Position numbers and translations under genes: made by a program
Notes under the pieces: generated by a model
Told to the model about the DNA's origin: nothing
The model's database searches: none
Seen by the model: only the letters and a program-made list of their open reading frames with translations
In this document: positions 10,142-19,829 of the stretch, piece by piece
Position numbering within the stretch: the stretch's first letter is position 1
Layout of the letters: every line of letters starts with the position of its first letter
IMG/VR virus record: IMGVR_UViG_3300025030_000041
Coordinates: 1 to 64,000 of that record
Direction: 5' to 3' (one strand)
Length of the DNA: 64,000 nucleotides

Positions 10142-10602
10142 ACGATTTCTAAGTTGTAGTCAAATGAATATTCAGTAATTATATTTTCCGCATGTTTTTT
10201 CTCAAAATAAATTTTTCCATTATATTTTGAGAAAACTGGGTATTTTGTGTTTTGATTAGATTTATCAATATAGTTATACCCAGATAAATATAAATCGTTA
10301 TTAATTAATTTTATTTTAAATATTTTTTTATGAATGGCTTCTCCAATAGTATCTATAATAACTCTATTGTCTATACTCATATTATTTTCTAATTTAAATC
10401 TTTTAATTTCAATACCATTTTCAGGCTTATTCATAAATATTAAATTAAAATTATTAATACGACATGATAAACACCATTTTTCATTATAAATTATTGATGG
10501 GGTTGAAGTATCTCCTATTAGCCGTACTGATAAATTTGCTAAAGAAAAAAATTCTTTTATTAAAAAATTTCTTTTATCTATTAAACTGTCATTATTATTC
10601 AT
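10138..10602 (-). CDS. Hypothetical protein
   Basis: ORF track; operon context. Confidence 0.65.
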   Translation of the reverse strand: MNNNDSLIDKRNFLIKEFFSLANLSVRLIGDTSTPSIIYNEKWCLSCRINNFNLIFMNKPENGIEIKRFKLENNMSIDNRVIIDTIGEAIHKKIFKIKLINNDLYLSGYNYIDKSNQNTKYPVFSKYNGKIYFEKKHAENIITEYSFDYNLEIV

Positions 10603-10613
10603 ATATACTTAAC

Positions 10614-11942
10614 TTATTTTATTTCTTTTAATGTATTTGCTGTGTTTTTATCTACTCTAATTTCTTTTAATCTTGGTAAAAATAAACTCCAATTATTGTC
10701 TTTATCTTGTATTTTAACATTATATGTAATTGATACAATTTTATTTAAATAAGTAATTTTATCATTACTTATTTCCTTTAATAATTCATTCGAAAATCCG
10801 CTTCCAACATTTACTTTTAATAATTTATCTTCTGATTCGCATGATACTCCTCCTATTAATCCTTCTCTAATACCATTTCCATCATAAAAACCAACTATTC
10901 TTAAATCACAGTCATTTACTTCTTTCATTTTTATCCATCCTAAATCTCGGCCTGAAATATATACTTGGTGTGGGTTTTTACATATTAATCCTTCACCTCC
11001 ATTTATAACAACGTCTTTAAATAAGGAATTAACTTCTTCAATTGTTTTTAATTGCCAAGACTCACTTAATTTTAAAAAAATAGAGTCTATATTACTTAAA
11101 TATTTTATTAAATATTCTCTACGCTGTAAATATGGAATATTTCCAGTGCTTGAATTTTCTATAATTGAAAAATCTTCAAAATCAAATATATTAAATACAA
11201 AATCTTTATCTATATCTTGTTCTGCCGTATCACTTAAAATTTTATTTATTTTGCCACTTACACTTTTTCGGTCTTTATCAGTTAATTCACCATCAAAAAA
11301 ATAATTATGTGGTATATCATTAGTTTCCGCAATTTCTAATAATACTTTAGAAATATTTTGTAAGCACATATTATTTAATTCATTAAAATTTCTTGTAATA
11401 AACTTAAAATAATTTTTATTCTTATCATAAATAGCTAGGCATCTAACCCCATCATATTTTATTTCAGCATGGATTTCATCCCATTTAAATAATTCAGATA
11501 CTTTATCTGTAGCAAGCATAACTGATAAGTCTGGCAAAAAGTCATAACCAAATGCTTTATTAATAGTTTTTATTCCAATTCCAATGTTTAAAGATTTAGT
11601 AACAATTTTTTTTAAAATTTCTTTATTTTCGATAGTCGTATTAAGTCCATATACTAAACTACTTAAGTTACTTCTTAAATCATTTGTTGCAGCTTTAGAA
11701 TCAAAAAGAATATTTATCAATTTTTTAAATTCTTCAAAATGATAATCACCGTCATCATACTCTGAACTATGTGAATTATCTAGTTTATTAACTTTAGTAG
11801 ATTTTGTTGGATAATATGCAATTTCTAATAAAAATTTCATAATATCTGTTGCAGAATTATTTAGTAATTCTTGTTTAATTTTATTACTTCCGGAGCCTTT
11901 ACACTCTGAAATTTGTCTTAATGCTTCTAATTCTCTTATCAT
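10614..11942 (-). CDS. lig: ATP-dependent DNA ligase (gp30-like)
   Basis: EIKYDGVR (motif I), FDGEL, EGLICK, WIKMK, VGSGF, FLPR. Confidence 0.95.
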   Translation of the reverse strand: MIRELEALRQISECKGSGSNKIKQELLNNSATDIMKFLLEIAYYPTKSTKVNKLDNSHSSEYDDGDYHFEEFKKLINILFDSKAATNDLRSNLSSLVYGLNTTIENKEILKKIVTKSLNIGIGIKTINKAFGYDFLPDLSVMLATDKVSELFKWDEIHAEIKYDGVRCLAIYDKNKNYFKFITRNFNELNNMCLQNISKVLLEIAETNDIPHNYFFDGELTDKDRKSVSGKINKILSDTAEQDIDKDFVFNIFDFEDFSIIENSSTGNIPYLQRREYLIKYLSNIDSIFLKLSESWQLKTIEEVNSLFKDVVINGGEGLICKNPHQVYISGRDLGWIKMKEVNDCDLRIVGFYDGNGIREGLIGGVSCESEDKLLKVNVGSGFSNELLKEISNDKITYLNKIVSITYNVKIQDKDNNWSLFLPRLKEIRVDKNTANTLKEIK

Positions 11943-12050
11943 TTGGATTAGTCTTAAAATAAAATAATATTAAATTAATAGGTATACGTTTAGGTTGCAC
12001 TTTAAAAATCTGTGAAATTGATGTAAATATTAGTATTGTGTGTTGTATCA

Positions 12051-12100
12051 GCCCCTAACAAAGTATAACTGAAAGAGATGTGCACTTACCGTTATAAGTA
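12051..12100 (-). mobile_element. Degenerate attC-like site
   Basis: gcccctaac...ccgttataagt core pair with the hairpin arms largely deleted. Confidence 0.4.
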
Positions 12101-12122
12101 ACATCAACATTTATGCACAACG

Positions 12123-12335
12123 CTACTTGACTGCTCCGAAATCAAAGTATGGAAGAATACGAAATTCACATTGATTTAGCTTGTAAATAGTATTTAGTTC
12201 TGCATCTTTTCTTTGATCTGCAAATTGCTCAATCACAGCAAGGGGGTCTTGTGTAATAATTAGAGTCTGCTTAGGCGTCTTTGAGTTAGTTGCTAAGTCA
12301 AATGTTTCGCCAATTTGAATTTCGAATTTACTCAT
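12123..12335 (-). CDS. Small cassette-borne hypothetical protein (likely start MSKFEIQ at 12335)
   Basis: ORF track 12123-12377; the upstream extension comes from the gttatgtac core box. Confidence 0.6.
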   Translation of the reverse strand: MSKFEIQIGETFDLATNSKTPKQTLIITQDPLAVIEQFADQRKDAELNTIYKLNQCEFRILPYFDFGAVK

Positions 12336-12371
12336 TGTTTTTAAATTAAATTTAGTGTTGATAAACCCCCA

Positions 12372-12440
12372 GTACATAACACTCTGTATAATAAATAAAA
12401 ATGTCTATTTTTACGAGTATTTTTTACTTCTCATACCCGC
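12372..12440 (-). mobile_element. Degenerate attC-like hairpin
   Basis: gtacataac core; arms gtataataaataaaaa / tttttacttctcatac; distal core lost. Confidence 0.4.
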
Positions 12441-12624
12441 AAAAAAAATATTGCGTCGCACGGGTGTTCGATTCTAAATCGAGATTCAATTTCCAATTTA
12501 GTTCAGTATATAACTTTCTCTATATTTAGTTCATACGCATCTCACTAAACTACACGATATTTATCGTTAACTGCTGTTTTAATTATGAGTAGCTTGTATT
12601 TCGTCTATACTTTTTTTCATATTC

Positions 12625-13026
12625 TTAAATGACGGGTATAGAAAAACCAAATGGAATAGTTTTAACATTGCCTTTTATTTTTAATTTAGCTGAGTCTGAC
12701 GATACTATCTTTTTTATCATGAGTGGATAAATAACCCCTTGTTTTAGACATGTACCTATTAAAGTCGTGGTATAATATGATAAAGGCGACCCACTAACAT
12801 TTCCTAAAAATGTTATAGTTATAGTATCAGAGTCTGTTAAAGTGTTTTTATCTATTAAAATTCCTGAAATAATTTCAGTTCCAGATAATCCACTTGACGG
12901 GTCATGACTATATTCTTTTATAGAATATCCATTTCCAAAATTTGATTGAGTAACTGGAGTTGGCCCATAATCAACATTTTCAACTATATCAATTATTTTA
13001 TAAAATGAATTTACAATATGATCCAT
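12625..13026 (-). CDS. Hypothetical (likely late/virion) protein
   Basis: ORF track; TAATAAATA upstream. Confidence 0.6.
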   Translation of the reverse strand: MDHIVNSFYKIIDIVENVDYGPTPVTQSNFGNGYSIKEYSHDPSSGLSGTEIISGILIDKNTLTDSDTITITFLGNVSGSPLSYYTTTLIGTCLKQGVIYPLMIKKIVSSDSAKLKIKGNVKTIPFGFSIPVI

Positions 13027-13209
13027 TATTTTTTAATTATTATTTTTTTGTTCTTATATTATTTATTAGAATTATCTGTTTAATTAAATTATTTTTTTTA
13101 ATCACTAAACGTATTTTCCGTTTTTCAAAATTTTAAAATGAATCTTTAAATATTTTTAACTAAATATATTAATAATCAATATTTTAAAGTTAATTGAATA
13201 TATATAATA

Positions 13210-13597
13210 GTTAGCAACAATAATTAGAACTGCGGTTCTGGAACAGTATAAGGTAATGTTTTAGAATAGCTTAGTTCCCATTCATCAGTTCCTTTTCCTA
13301 TTAATGTTGGGATGTGTCCAATCATATTAAATATCAACTGTTTTGGTTCAACAAAAACTACATCACTTCCAATGCAAGTGTGTTTTACTTCAACAATAGC
13401 GTCTTCACCCAACATGAGGTTTGTCTGGTTTTTGATTGACCAAAACTTAGTTCCTTTGGGAATTAATCTATTTTCTCCTATTTTAATTTCGTTCATAAAA
13501 TATTATTGTTGCTAACGAGGTATATATGCAATACCCTATTAAAGTTTATACTAAATTTTTATTTTTTGTGCAAGGGTACTGCATATATACCCAACCA
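13210..13597 (-). mobile_element. Integron-like gene cassette carrying ORF 13224-13496
   Basis: Perfect 15-bp inverted ends gttagcaacaataat (13210-13224) / attattgttgctaac (13502-13516), then hairpin ggtatatatgcaataccct...agggtactgcatatatacc. Confidence 0.75.
13224..13496 (-). CDS. Cassette-borne hypothetical protein
   Basis: ORF track; exactly fills the space between the inverted ends. Confidence 0.75.
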   Translation of the reverse strand: MNEIKIGENRLIPKGTKFWSIKNQTNLMLGEDAIVEVKHTCIGSDVVFVEPKQLIFNMIGHIPTLIGKGTDEWELSYSKTLPYTVPEPQF

Positions 13598-13616
13598 TTA
13601 GGTGCAATAAAAATTA

Positions 13617-13844
13617 CTACTTTTGTGCTATTGGATAGTCTGGTTCTCTGAATTTAAATCCTTTTGGTTTAATCAGAAAATCAGATTCGTCAGTTAGCAA
13701 GTGCCACTCACCATCATCAATTTTCATTTCAAATCCCATATCTCTCATACAGATATGTAATTGTTTCCCTTCTATTGTTTCAAGTGTAATTGAGGTATAC
13801 ACCTCTTTCAGAATAATCTGATTTTCTTTAGTTTCTACTTTCAT
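13617..13844 (-). CDS. Cassette-borne hypothetical protein
   Basis: ORF track; flanked by attaggtgcaataaaaattac / gtaatttttacagcttataac (15/21 complementary). Confidence 0.75.
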   Translation of the reverse strand: MKVETKENQIILKEVYTSITLETIEGKQLHICMRDMGFEMKIDDGEWHLLTDESDFLIKPKGFKFREPDYPIAQK

Positions 13845-13861
13845 ATTCCGTAATTTTTACA

Positions 13862-13963
13862 GCTTATAACAGCACCTAACAAAAATGGCTGCTACAAGCA
13901 TTGGTTTATAAATTGAAGTTTTATTTAAGCAGTCACTTCAGTTAGCTGCAAAAACATTATATG
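13862..13963 (-). mobile_element. attC-like hairpin
   Basis: gcttataac, arm gcacctaacaaaaatggctgct ... arm agcagtcacttcagttagctgc, aaaac-attatatg (GTT mutated to ATT). Confidence 0.75.
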
Positions 13964-14037
13964 TAATTTAAAAACTCACCATGTGCCAAATTTTACATTC
14001 TCTATCTAATTTAATTTGTTGCTCTTTAATTTTGCTT

Positions 14038-14232
14038 TTATAATATTTCATTGTTAAACTTAAAACTAAAAAGTCCTTCAAATGCATTTCTACCCGTTCC
14101 ATCGTTTGAAAATACAGTATAGTTAGTAAATTTTATATTACTCATATCTACATCAGAAAATTCTTTTTCTAATACAATTTTTAATTGCATAGGAGTAATT
14201 CTATTATCAAAATGTAATTTAGTTGATACCAT
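14038..14232 (-). CDS. Hypothetical early protein
   Basis: ORF track; first gene after the promoter at about 14277-14305. Confidence 0.55.
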   Translation of the reverse strand: MVSTKLHFDNRITPMQLKIVLEKEFSDVDMSNIKFTNYTVFSNDGTGRNAFEGLFSFKFNNEIL

Positions 14233-14276
14233 AGCATTATATTATATTATTAAATAGTTAAACAATAAAATTAAAT

Positions 14277-14305
14277 ACAATGTAAAATTAAGAAATAGTT
14301 TTGAC
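14277..14305 (-). promoter_or_regulatory. Early-type promoter driving the leftward cassette cluster
   Basis: Minus strand tcaaaactatttcttaattttacattgt shares aaaactatttctta with the 46591/49677 repeat. Confidence 0.55.
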
Positions 14306-14438
14306 ATTTAAAAATAAAATATTTAAATATTTTGTAACATATTGTCTTATAATACATTATTTTTATTAATTATATAAGAGTTTGGAGTTTTTCATATAAT
14401 TAAATTATGGAAATACTTATTAAAATGAGAATAAAAAT

Positions 14439-14465
14439 AAAACAATTTATCTTATTTTTTATAAG
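14439..14465 (+). promoter_or_regulatory. Putative middle promoter AAAACA-N15-TATAAG
   Basis: Same motif recurs upstream of several replication genes. Confidence 0.5.
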
Positions 14466-14494
14466 AGATTAGAAACTTAAAAACATTATTCATT

Positions 14495-15391
14495 ATGGCA
14501 AAAATAACAAATTTATCTGATTTAATTATAAAAAAGTTTGAGAATAGTACTGATGTTAAATTAGTAAACACGTTTGCTGATATTAGTGATTATATATCAA
14601 CGGGTAATTACTTATTAAATGCTCAACTTAGTGGAAGTTTATTAGGTGGAATACCTAATAATAGAATTACGACTTTAGCCGGTGATAGCGGGACAGGTAA
14701 AACATATTTAGCTCTTAATATTTGTAGGGAAGCCCAGAGAAATGGATATTTTATAGTATATGTAGATACTGAAGCTGCAGTATCAAAAGATATTATGATG
14801 GATTTTGGTATAGATACTGACACATCTAAATTATTATATGCTGGAATATCAAATATTGAAGACTTCGGATTACTTGGTAATAATATTATACAAATATCGA
14901 AAGACCAAAGAGCTAAGGGAGAGACTCCTAAGATATTAATTATATTAGATTCCCAAGGTATGCTAAATTCAAAAAAAGAAATAGATGATTTAAATAAAGG
15001 AAAGAATGCATCTGATATGGGAACTAGAGCTAAAGAATTAAGAAAATTATACAGAAATATAACTTATGAATTTAGTAATAACGGAATTACCTTTATTCCA
15101 TTAAACCACACTTACTGTTTAACGAGTGGGCATAATATTCAAATGGGAGATAATTCTTTAAAAGATATTAAAGATATACAAATTGGTGAATATGTAAAAA
15201 CGTTAGAAGGTAATAAAGAAGTAATAAATACATTTAATTTTGAAAATTTAGAGTTAATAGAATTAACTTTGTCAGATAATACAGTTGTTAAATGTACAAA
15301 AGACCATAAATTTTTAGTATCTAGTAATAATGAATTAATTTGGAAAAATGCAGATGAATTAAATGAAAATGATGAAATTTTAAGTATATAG
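14495..15391 (+). CDS. uvsX: UvsX/RecA recombinase N-fragment fused to a split-intein N part
   Basis: Walker A GDSGTGKT, YVDTE, ILDS, NHTY, then CLTSG... intein with block B CTKDH. Confidence 0.92.
   Translation: MAKITNLSDLIIKKFENSTDVKLVNTFADISDYISTGNYLLNAQLSGSLLGGIPNNRITTLAGDSGTGKTYLALNICREAQRNGYFIVYVDTEAAVSKDIMMDFGIDTDTSKLLYAGISNIEDFGLLGNNIIQISKDQRAKGETPKILIILDSQGMLNSKKEIDDLNKGKNASDMGTRAKELRKLYRNITYEFSNNGITFIPLNHTYCLTSGHNIQMGDNSLKDIKDIQIGEYVKTLEGNKEVINTFNFENLELIELTLSDNTVVKCTKDHKFLVSSNNELIWKNADELNENDEILSI
15116..15391 (+). mobile_element. Split intein N-fragment (91 aa)
   Basis: Starts at Cys208 (CLTSGHNI); TxxH block B; ends at the stop codon. Confidence 0.9.
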
Positions 15392-15417
15392 TAAATTATC
15401 TTAACTAATTAAAAAAA

Positions 15418-15543
15418 ATGAAAGACATGAATACAAAAAAAATTATTAAAAAACGTATAATTGAAAAACAAGAAAAAGTTTTTGATATTGAAGTAAAAGA
15501 TAGTCACCATTATTTTTTAGAAAACGGAGTGATTAGCCATAAT
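15418..15543 (+). mobile_element. Split intein C-fragment (42 aa)
   Basis: Basic N-terminus, block F VFDIEV, HN followed by Ser. Confidence 0.9.
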
Positions 15544-16524
15544 TCAGGTGGAATGTATGAAGCAACTAAGCAAGGCGGCGGGTGTTTAATACCAGGGACT
15601 AAGATATATACATTCAATAATGTATTAAAATCAATAGAAGGTGTTGAGTCTGGTGATTATGTTAAAACCTTATGTGGATATAAAGAAGTTTTAGAAACAT
15701 ATACATTTGAAAAATCTACTATAAAAATAGAATTTGAAGACACCACAAATATAATATGTTCAGAAGACCATCGTTTTTTAATTTCAGGAGACTATACAAT
15801 TGAAAGTAATTGGAAAAAAGCTAAAGACTTAGCTAATAATGAAAATATTTTAAAAATTGAAAATAATAATATTTTCAATTTAAAAATTAAAAATATTAAT
15901 CATTTATATACACAAAAAGTTCATGATATTAGTGTTAAAGATGTACATCATTATATATCTGAAACTGGTATAATAAATCATAATTCAGGAAATACCTATT
16001 CTGCATCAACTATTTTATTTTTATCTAAGTCATCTCTTAAAGAGGACGGCCAAACTAAAACGGGAATTGTAGTAAGATCTAAAACACAAAAAAATCGATT
16101 AGCTAAACCAATTGATATAGAATTCCATATTAGTCATATTAGCGGAATGAATCCGTATGTTGGATTACAAGATTATATTAGTTGGGAAAATTGTGGAGTA
16201 GTTAGAGGTACTCTACTTACTAAAAAAGAATTTGAAAAAGATAAGTCAAATAACCAAAAAACATATCATGAATTCGAACACAATAATGAAAAGTATTATG
16301 TAATTCCGTCTGATAAAGCTAGAAATATAGTTATAAGAGACGGATGTAAAGAAGTTCCATTTAAAAAACTATTTACATCAGAAGTATTTACAGAAAATGT
16401 TATTAAAGAATTAGATGAAAAAGTAATACGACCTAAATTTAAATATGATAAAATTAAAGACTTATTATCTAATGAATTAACTGAAGTTTTTGGTGATACT
16501 ACAGACGATGAATCAGACGAATAA
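15418..16524 (+). CDS. uvsX: UvsX C-fragment: intein C part, 13-aa extein, second mini-intein, C-extein
   Basis: VFDIEV...ISHN/S, then SGGMYEATKQGGG, CLIPG...INHN/S, then SGNTYSASTILFL...KNRLAKP. Confidence 0.92.
   Translation: MKDMNTKKIIKKRIIEKQEKVFDIEVKDSHHYFLENGVISHNSGGMYEATKQGGGCLIPGTKIYTFNNVLKSIEGVESGDYVKTLCGYKEVLETYTFEKSTIKIEFEDTTNIICSEDHRFLISGDYTIESNWKKAKDLANNENILKIENNNIFNLKIKNINHLYTQKVHDISVKDVHHYISETGIINHNSGNTYSASTILFLSKSSLKEDGQTKTGIVVRSKTQKNRLAKPIDIEFHISHISGMNPYVGLQDYISWENCGVVRGTLLTKKEFEKDKSNNQKTYHEFEHNNEKYYVIPSDKARNIVIRDGCKEVPFKKLFTSEVFTENVIKELDEKVIRPKFKYDKIKDLLSNELTEVFGDTTDDESDE
15583..15984 (+). mobile_element. Contiguous mini-intein (134 aa)
   Basis: C1 CLIPGTKI, block B CSEDH, block F VHDISV, terminal HN followed by Ser; no endonuclease domain. 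Confidence 0.9.
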
Positions 16525-16576
16525 GCAATTAATTTTATAAAAAACCTTAATGAATACTAAAAAATATTAAAATTAA

Positions 16577-17032
16577 ATGAAAAGAAAAATATTATTAATT
16601 TGTTTATCACTATTTTTAGTTGGAAAAACTTTTTCACGTAATACATTTAAAGATACTACAAACGTATTAAATAATTTAGAAACAATACTTTTTCATGTAA
16701 CTTTTTCTAAATTAAATTCAGAATTTAAAAATGAATTAAAATTTAGAGAAGATTTAGTTGTTGGTAATCTAAGTATAGCCGAATTATATTTTTCTAATAA
16801 AAAATCAAAATACTCTAAAATATCATTTTTATTTAAAAACGATATTTTCATAGGATATACTATATATTTTAGAAAAACAAAAAGCCTAAAATATTATAGA
16901 AAGATATATGGCCCTTGTATAGAAATTAGGAAAAATGATAATCAAATAATATGGGCAAGCTCTAGTGGTAAAATACGAGCTATAGTTTCATTAGAAAAAC
17001 GTAAAGAATTAACAATTTTATTTAAAAAATAG
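16577..17032 (+). CDS. Hypothetical exported protein
   Basis: Signal-peptide-like MKRKILLICLSLFLVG. Confidence 0.6.
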   Translation: MKRKILLICLSLFLVGKTFSRNTFKDTTNVLNNLETILFHVTFSKLNSEFKNELKFREDLVVGNLSIAELYFSNKKSKYSKISFLFKNDIFIGYTIYFRKTKSLKYYRKIYGPCIEIRKNDNQIIWASSSGKIRAIVSLEKRKELTILFKK

Positions 17033-17034
17033 AT

Positions 17035-17331
17035 ATGAGTTTAAGAAAAAGTGTTCCAATAAAATATCATTTAAATTTACATAAATACCTTCCAAATTAT
17101 CCTACTAAAAATGATTTAATATTTGATTTAATAGACAAATTATCTAAAAACGATAAGCTTAAGTTTTCAATATCAACTATAAACCAAATTTATAAAGAAA
17201 AATTAGAAGATGAGTCGTTTAAAACAAAAATAAAAAAATACATAAATGAATTAATTGAAGACAAAAAAATAATTCAAGACGGGAATTTTTTTATTTTAAC
17301 TGAGCCCCTTATAAATTCATTCATAGAGTAA
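17035..17331 (+). CDS. Hypothetical protein (possible winged helix)
   Basis: ORF track; operon context. Confidence 0.6.
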   Translation: MSLRKSVPIKYHLNLHKYLPNYPTKNDLIFDLIDKLSKNDKLKFSISTINQIYKEKLEDESFKTKIKKYINELIEDKKIIQDGNFFILTEPLINSFIE

Positions 17332-17332
17332 A

Positions 17333-17518
17333 ATGAAAAAACTAATAATATTTTTATTTTCGCTTATCCTACTAATGGTAGTAGGAGAAATTCGTTGTAT
17401 TTATAAAGCTATAAATTGCAATTGGGAACCTATTGGCAAAGCTGAAATAATATATACAATGTCGTCATTTACTGGATTAGGAAGTATTGTTGGATGGACG
17501 AATATTAAAGATAATTAA
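17333..17518 (+). CDS. Small membrane protein
   Basis: Two hydrophobic segments. Confidence 0.6.
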   Translation: MKKLIIFLFSLILLMVVGEIRCIYKAINCNWEPIGKAEIIYTMSSFTGLGSIVGWTNIKDN

Positions 17519-17527
17519 AAAATATTT

Positions 17528-18235
17528 ATGTTAGAGTTTAGTCAAAATATAAATTACCTCGAAAAAGTATTCTTCTTTTATATATGTCAAAGTAAAGACT
17601 TAATTAGTATATGTAATCCTACTTTTTTTGATAATGAGAAAATAGGAATTACTTTTAAAATAGTTAAATCATTTACTGAAAAATATGAGAAGCCCCCATC
17701 TTCAAATCAAGTTAAACAAATTATAAAATTAAAGGGGTTTGAAATAACTGACCAAGATATTGATTTATTATATAGTGTAAATTTAGATGAATATGACCCG
17801 TCATGGTTAGAAGAATATACTAATACATTTTTATTACTTCGTAATTTAAATGTAAATATGATAGATCTTCTTACATATTTAAAAACTACTACAATAACTC
17901 CAAGTAATATTCAAGAAGTAGTTGATTATGTAAGGAATTTCGTAAGCAAAAAAATTAATTCTAATGTAGTTATTGGTAAAGAAGATGGACTAGACTTTTC
18001 TAAAGTAGAAGACCATTACCAACTTACAAAAACTAATAAATTTTCTACTGGATATACTTACTTCGACAAAGTCCTCGGAGGAGGTTGGGAGAAGAAAACT
18101 TTTAACGTTACAATGGCGCGTCCAAAATTAGGTAAGTGTTTTTTAGGAAATACTATGATTAAAATAAGAAATAAAAAAACTAATATAATTCAAGAAATAT
18201 CAATAGAAGATTTTTATAAATTAATAAAAAAATAA
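17528..18235 (+). CDS. 41: Replicative helicase (gp41/DnaB) N-fragment plus a 32-aa intein N part
   Basis: STGYTYFDKVLGGG, Walker A ARPKLGK broken by CFLGNTMIKIRN. Confidence 0.9.
   Translation: MLEFSQNINYLEKVFFFYICQSKDLISICNPTFFDNEKIGITFKIVKSFTEKYEKPPSSNQVKQIIKLKGFEITDQDIDLLYSVNLDEYDPSWLEEYTNTFLLLRNLNVNMIDLLTYLKTTTITPSNIQEVVDYVRNFVSKKINSNVVIGKEDGLDFSKVEDHYQLTKTNKFSTGYTYFDKVLGGGWEKKTFNVTMARPKLGKCFLGNTMIKIRNKKTNIIQEISIEDFYKLIKK
18137..18235 (+). mobile_element. Atypically short split-intein N-fragment (32 aa)
   Basis: Block A CFLGNTMIKI directly after the P-loop GK, then a stop codon. Confidence 0.85.
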
Positions 18236-18273
18236 ATTAAATCGTTTTCCAAGTTTTCCTCTTCCAATTTTTA

Positions 18274-18281
18274 TATAAATA
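18274..18281 (+). promoter_or_regulatory. Late promoter TATAAATA of the endonuclease gene
   Basis: Exact T4 late consensus about 20 nt upstream of ATG 18301. Confidence 0.65.
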
Positions 18282-18300
18282 ATAAAAAATAAAAAAAGTT

Positions 18301-19470
18301 ATGAAACTTATAAAGATTGTAGACGATGTGCCAAGAATTAGTAAATTTGGTGTATATGACGAATATGAGTGTCAGTTGTGTGGAAAAAAATGTAAAAAGA
18401 AAAATAGTTTATCTAAGCATTTGTCTACTATTCATGGTTTAAACAATAATGATAAACGTAAAGACTATTATGATAAATACTTAAAAGTTGATGGAGAGGG
18501 AATATGTGTAATATCAGGCAAACCTACTAAATTTATTAATTTTAGTGGTTATAACAAATATATAAATACTCCAGAGGTTAATAAAATAAAATTAAATACT
18601 AAAGGGATAACTTATTTAATGAAAGTTAAAAAACTTTCATACGACGACGCATTAATAGAAAGACAAAATATTGTAAAAAGAAATTCCGAAGGGGTTAAAA
18701 AAGCATTTAGTGAAAAAATAAAGAAAGATCCACTTTGCTGGAATAAGTCTAGCATATATTGTAAAGAATACTGGATTAATAAAGGATATTCTAAAGAAGA
18801 CTCTATTCAATTAGCCAATGATAAGATAACTAAAAATAGAGAAAAACTACAAAAAATTTTAAAAGACGATCCGTCTTATATGAAAAATAAATTAAATACA
18901 TCTTTAGACTATTGGTTAAAAAAGACAAATGGAAATGAAGAAGAAGCTAAAAAATTATTATCTGAACGCCAAACTACTTTTAATTTAGAAAAATGTATAG
19001 AAAAATATGGCGAAGACGACGGAAGAAAAAGATGGGTAGAAAGACAAGAAAAATGGTGTAAAAACTATAAAAAAAGTAATTATTCTAAAATTAGTCAAGA
19101 ATTATTTTGGAGTATTTATGATAAATTAGAGGTTTCTTATAAAAATAATAAATCTATATATTTCGCGGAATTATTAAATAATCGTAAAGACGAAAGCGAA
19201 AAAAATAATGAATACCGATTAAAATTAAAAAATAGGGTTATTATTCCAGATTTTTTCATTTTAGAAAATAAAAAAATAATAGAATTTGATGGAGTGTATT
19301 GGCATAATGAACATAAAATAAAGTATCCAAATCAAAACCGAGATAATGAAAAGTCTAACGACTTAATTAATGAGGGTTATTCTATTTTAAGGATTGTTGA
19401 GGACTTGTATTATAAAAATAAAGAAGAAATAGTTAAACAATGTTTAGAATTTATATATAAGGATTTATGA
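18301..19470 (+). CDS. Free-standing homing endonuclease (C2H2 Zn finger plus Vsr/DUF559-like nuclease)
   Basis: CQLC...HLSTIH; C-terminal PDFFILENKKIIEFDGVYWH; lies between the intein halves. Confidence 0.82.
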   Translation: MKLIKIVDDVPRISKFGVYDEYECQLCGKKCKKKNSLSKHLSTIHGLNNNDKRKDYYDKYLKVDGEGICVISGKPTKFINFSGYNKYINTPEVNKIKLNTKGITYLMKVKKLSYDDALIERQNIVKRNSEGVKKAFSEKIKKDPLCWNKSSIYCKEYWINKGYSKEDSIQLANDKITKNREKLQKILKDDPSYMKNKLNTSLDYWLKKTNGNEEEAKKLLSERQTTFNLEKCIEKYGEDDGRKRWVERQEKWCKNYKKSNYSKISQELFWSIYDKLEVSYKNNKSIYFAELLNNRKDESEKNNEYRLKLKNRVIIPDFFILENKKIIEFDGVYWHNEHKIKYPNQNRDNEKSNDLINEGYSILRIVEDLYYKNKEEIVKQCLEFIYKDL

Positions 19471-19829
19471 GTAAAAATAATAGTGCTATACGTAAATTTA
19501 TAGATTCAATTAATATTGATGAGTACGATGTATTAACTGATACTGGGTGGGAAGATATTAAATCTATTAATAAGACTATAAAATATAGAGCATTTAGAGT
19601 AGAAACTAAATCTTTTTATTTAGAAGGGGCCGACGATCATATTATTTTTGATAAAGATTATAATGAAATATATTTAAAAGAATTAAGTATTGGCGATAGT
19701 GTATTAACTGAAAATGGAATTGAAATAGTTTTAAATATAAAAGATTTAGAATATTCAGATAATATGTATGACTTAGAAATTAATTCTGAAAATCACAGGT
19801 ATTATACGAATGGTATTTTAAGTCATAAT
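19467..19829 (+). mobile_element. Split intein C-fragment (121 aa)
   Basis: Contains blocks B, F and G; ends in HN before Ser, which completes the GK-S P-loop. Confidence 0.88.

Noticed and set aside
12455-12480. GTTCGATTC resembling a tRNA T-loop
   Set aside because: No T-stem, acceptor stem or anticodon arm can be formed around it.
13506-13963. Hairpins as simple Rho-independent terminators
   Set aside because: They have long loops, no U-tract, conserved TAAC/GTTA boundaries and complementary gene ends, unlike the terminators at 792, 28003 and 62479.
15389-15420. Stop-codon reassignment or readthrough joining the UvsX halves
   Set aside because: The two ORFs are in different frames, and TAA, TAG and TGA all end conserved genes normally elsewhere in the window.
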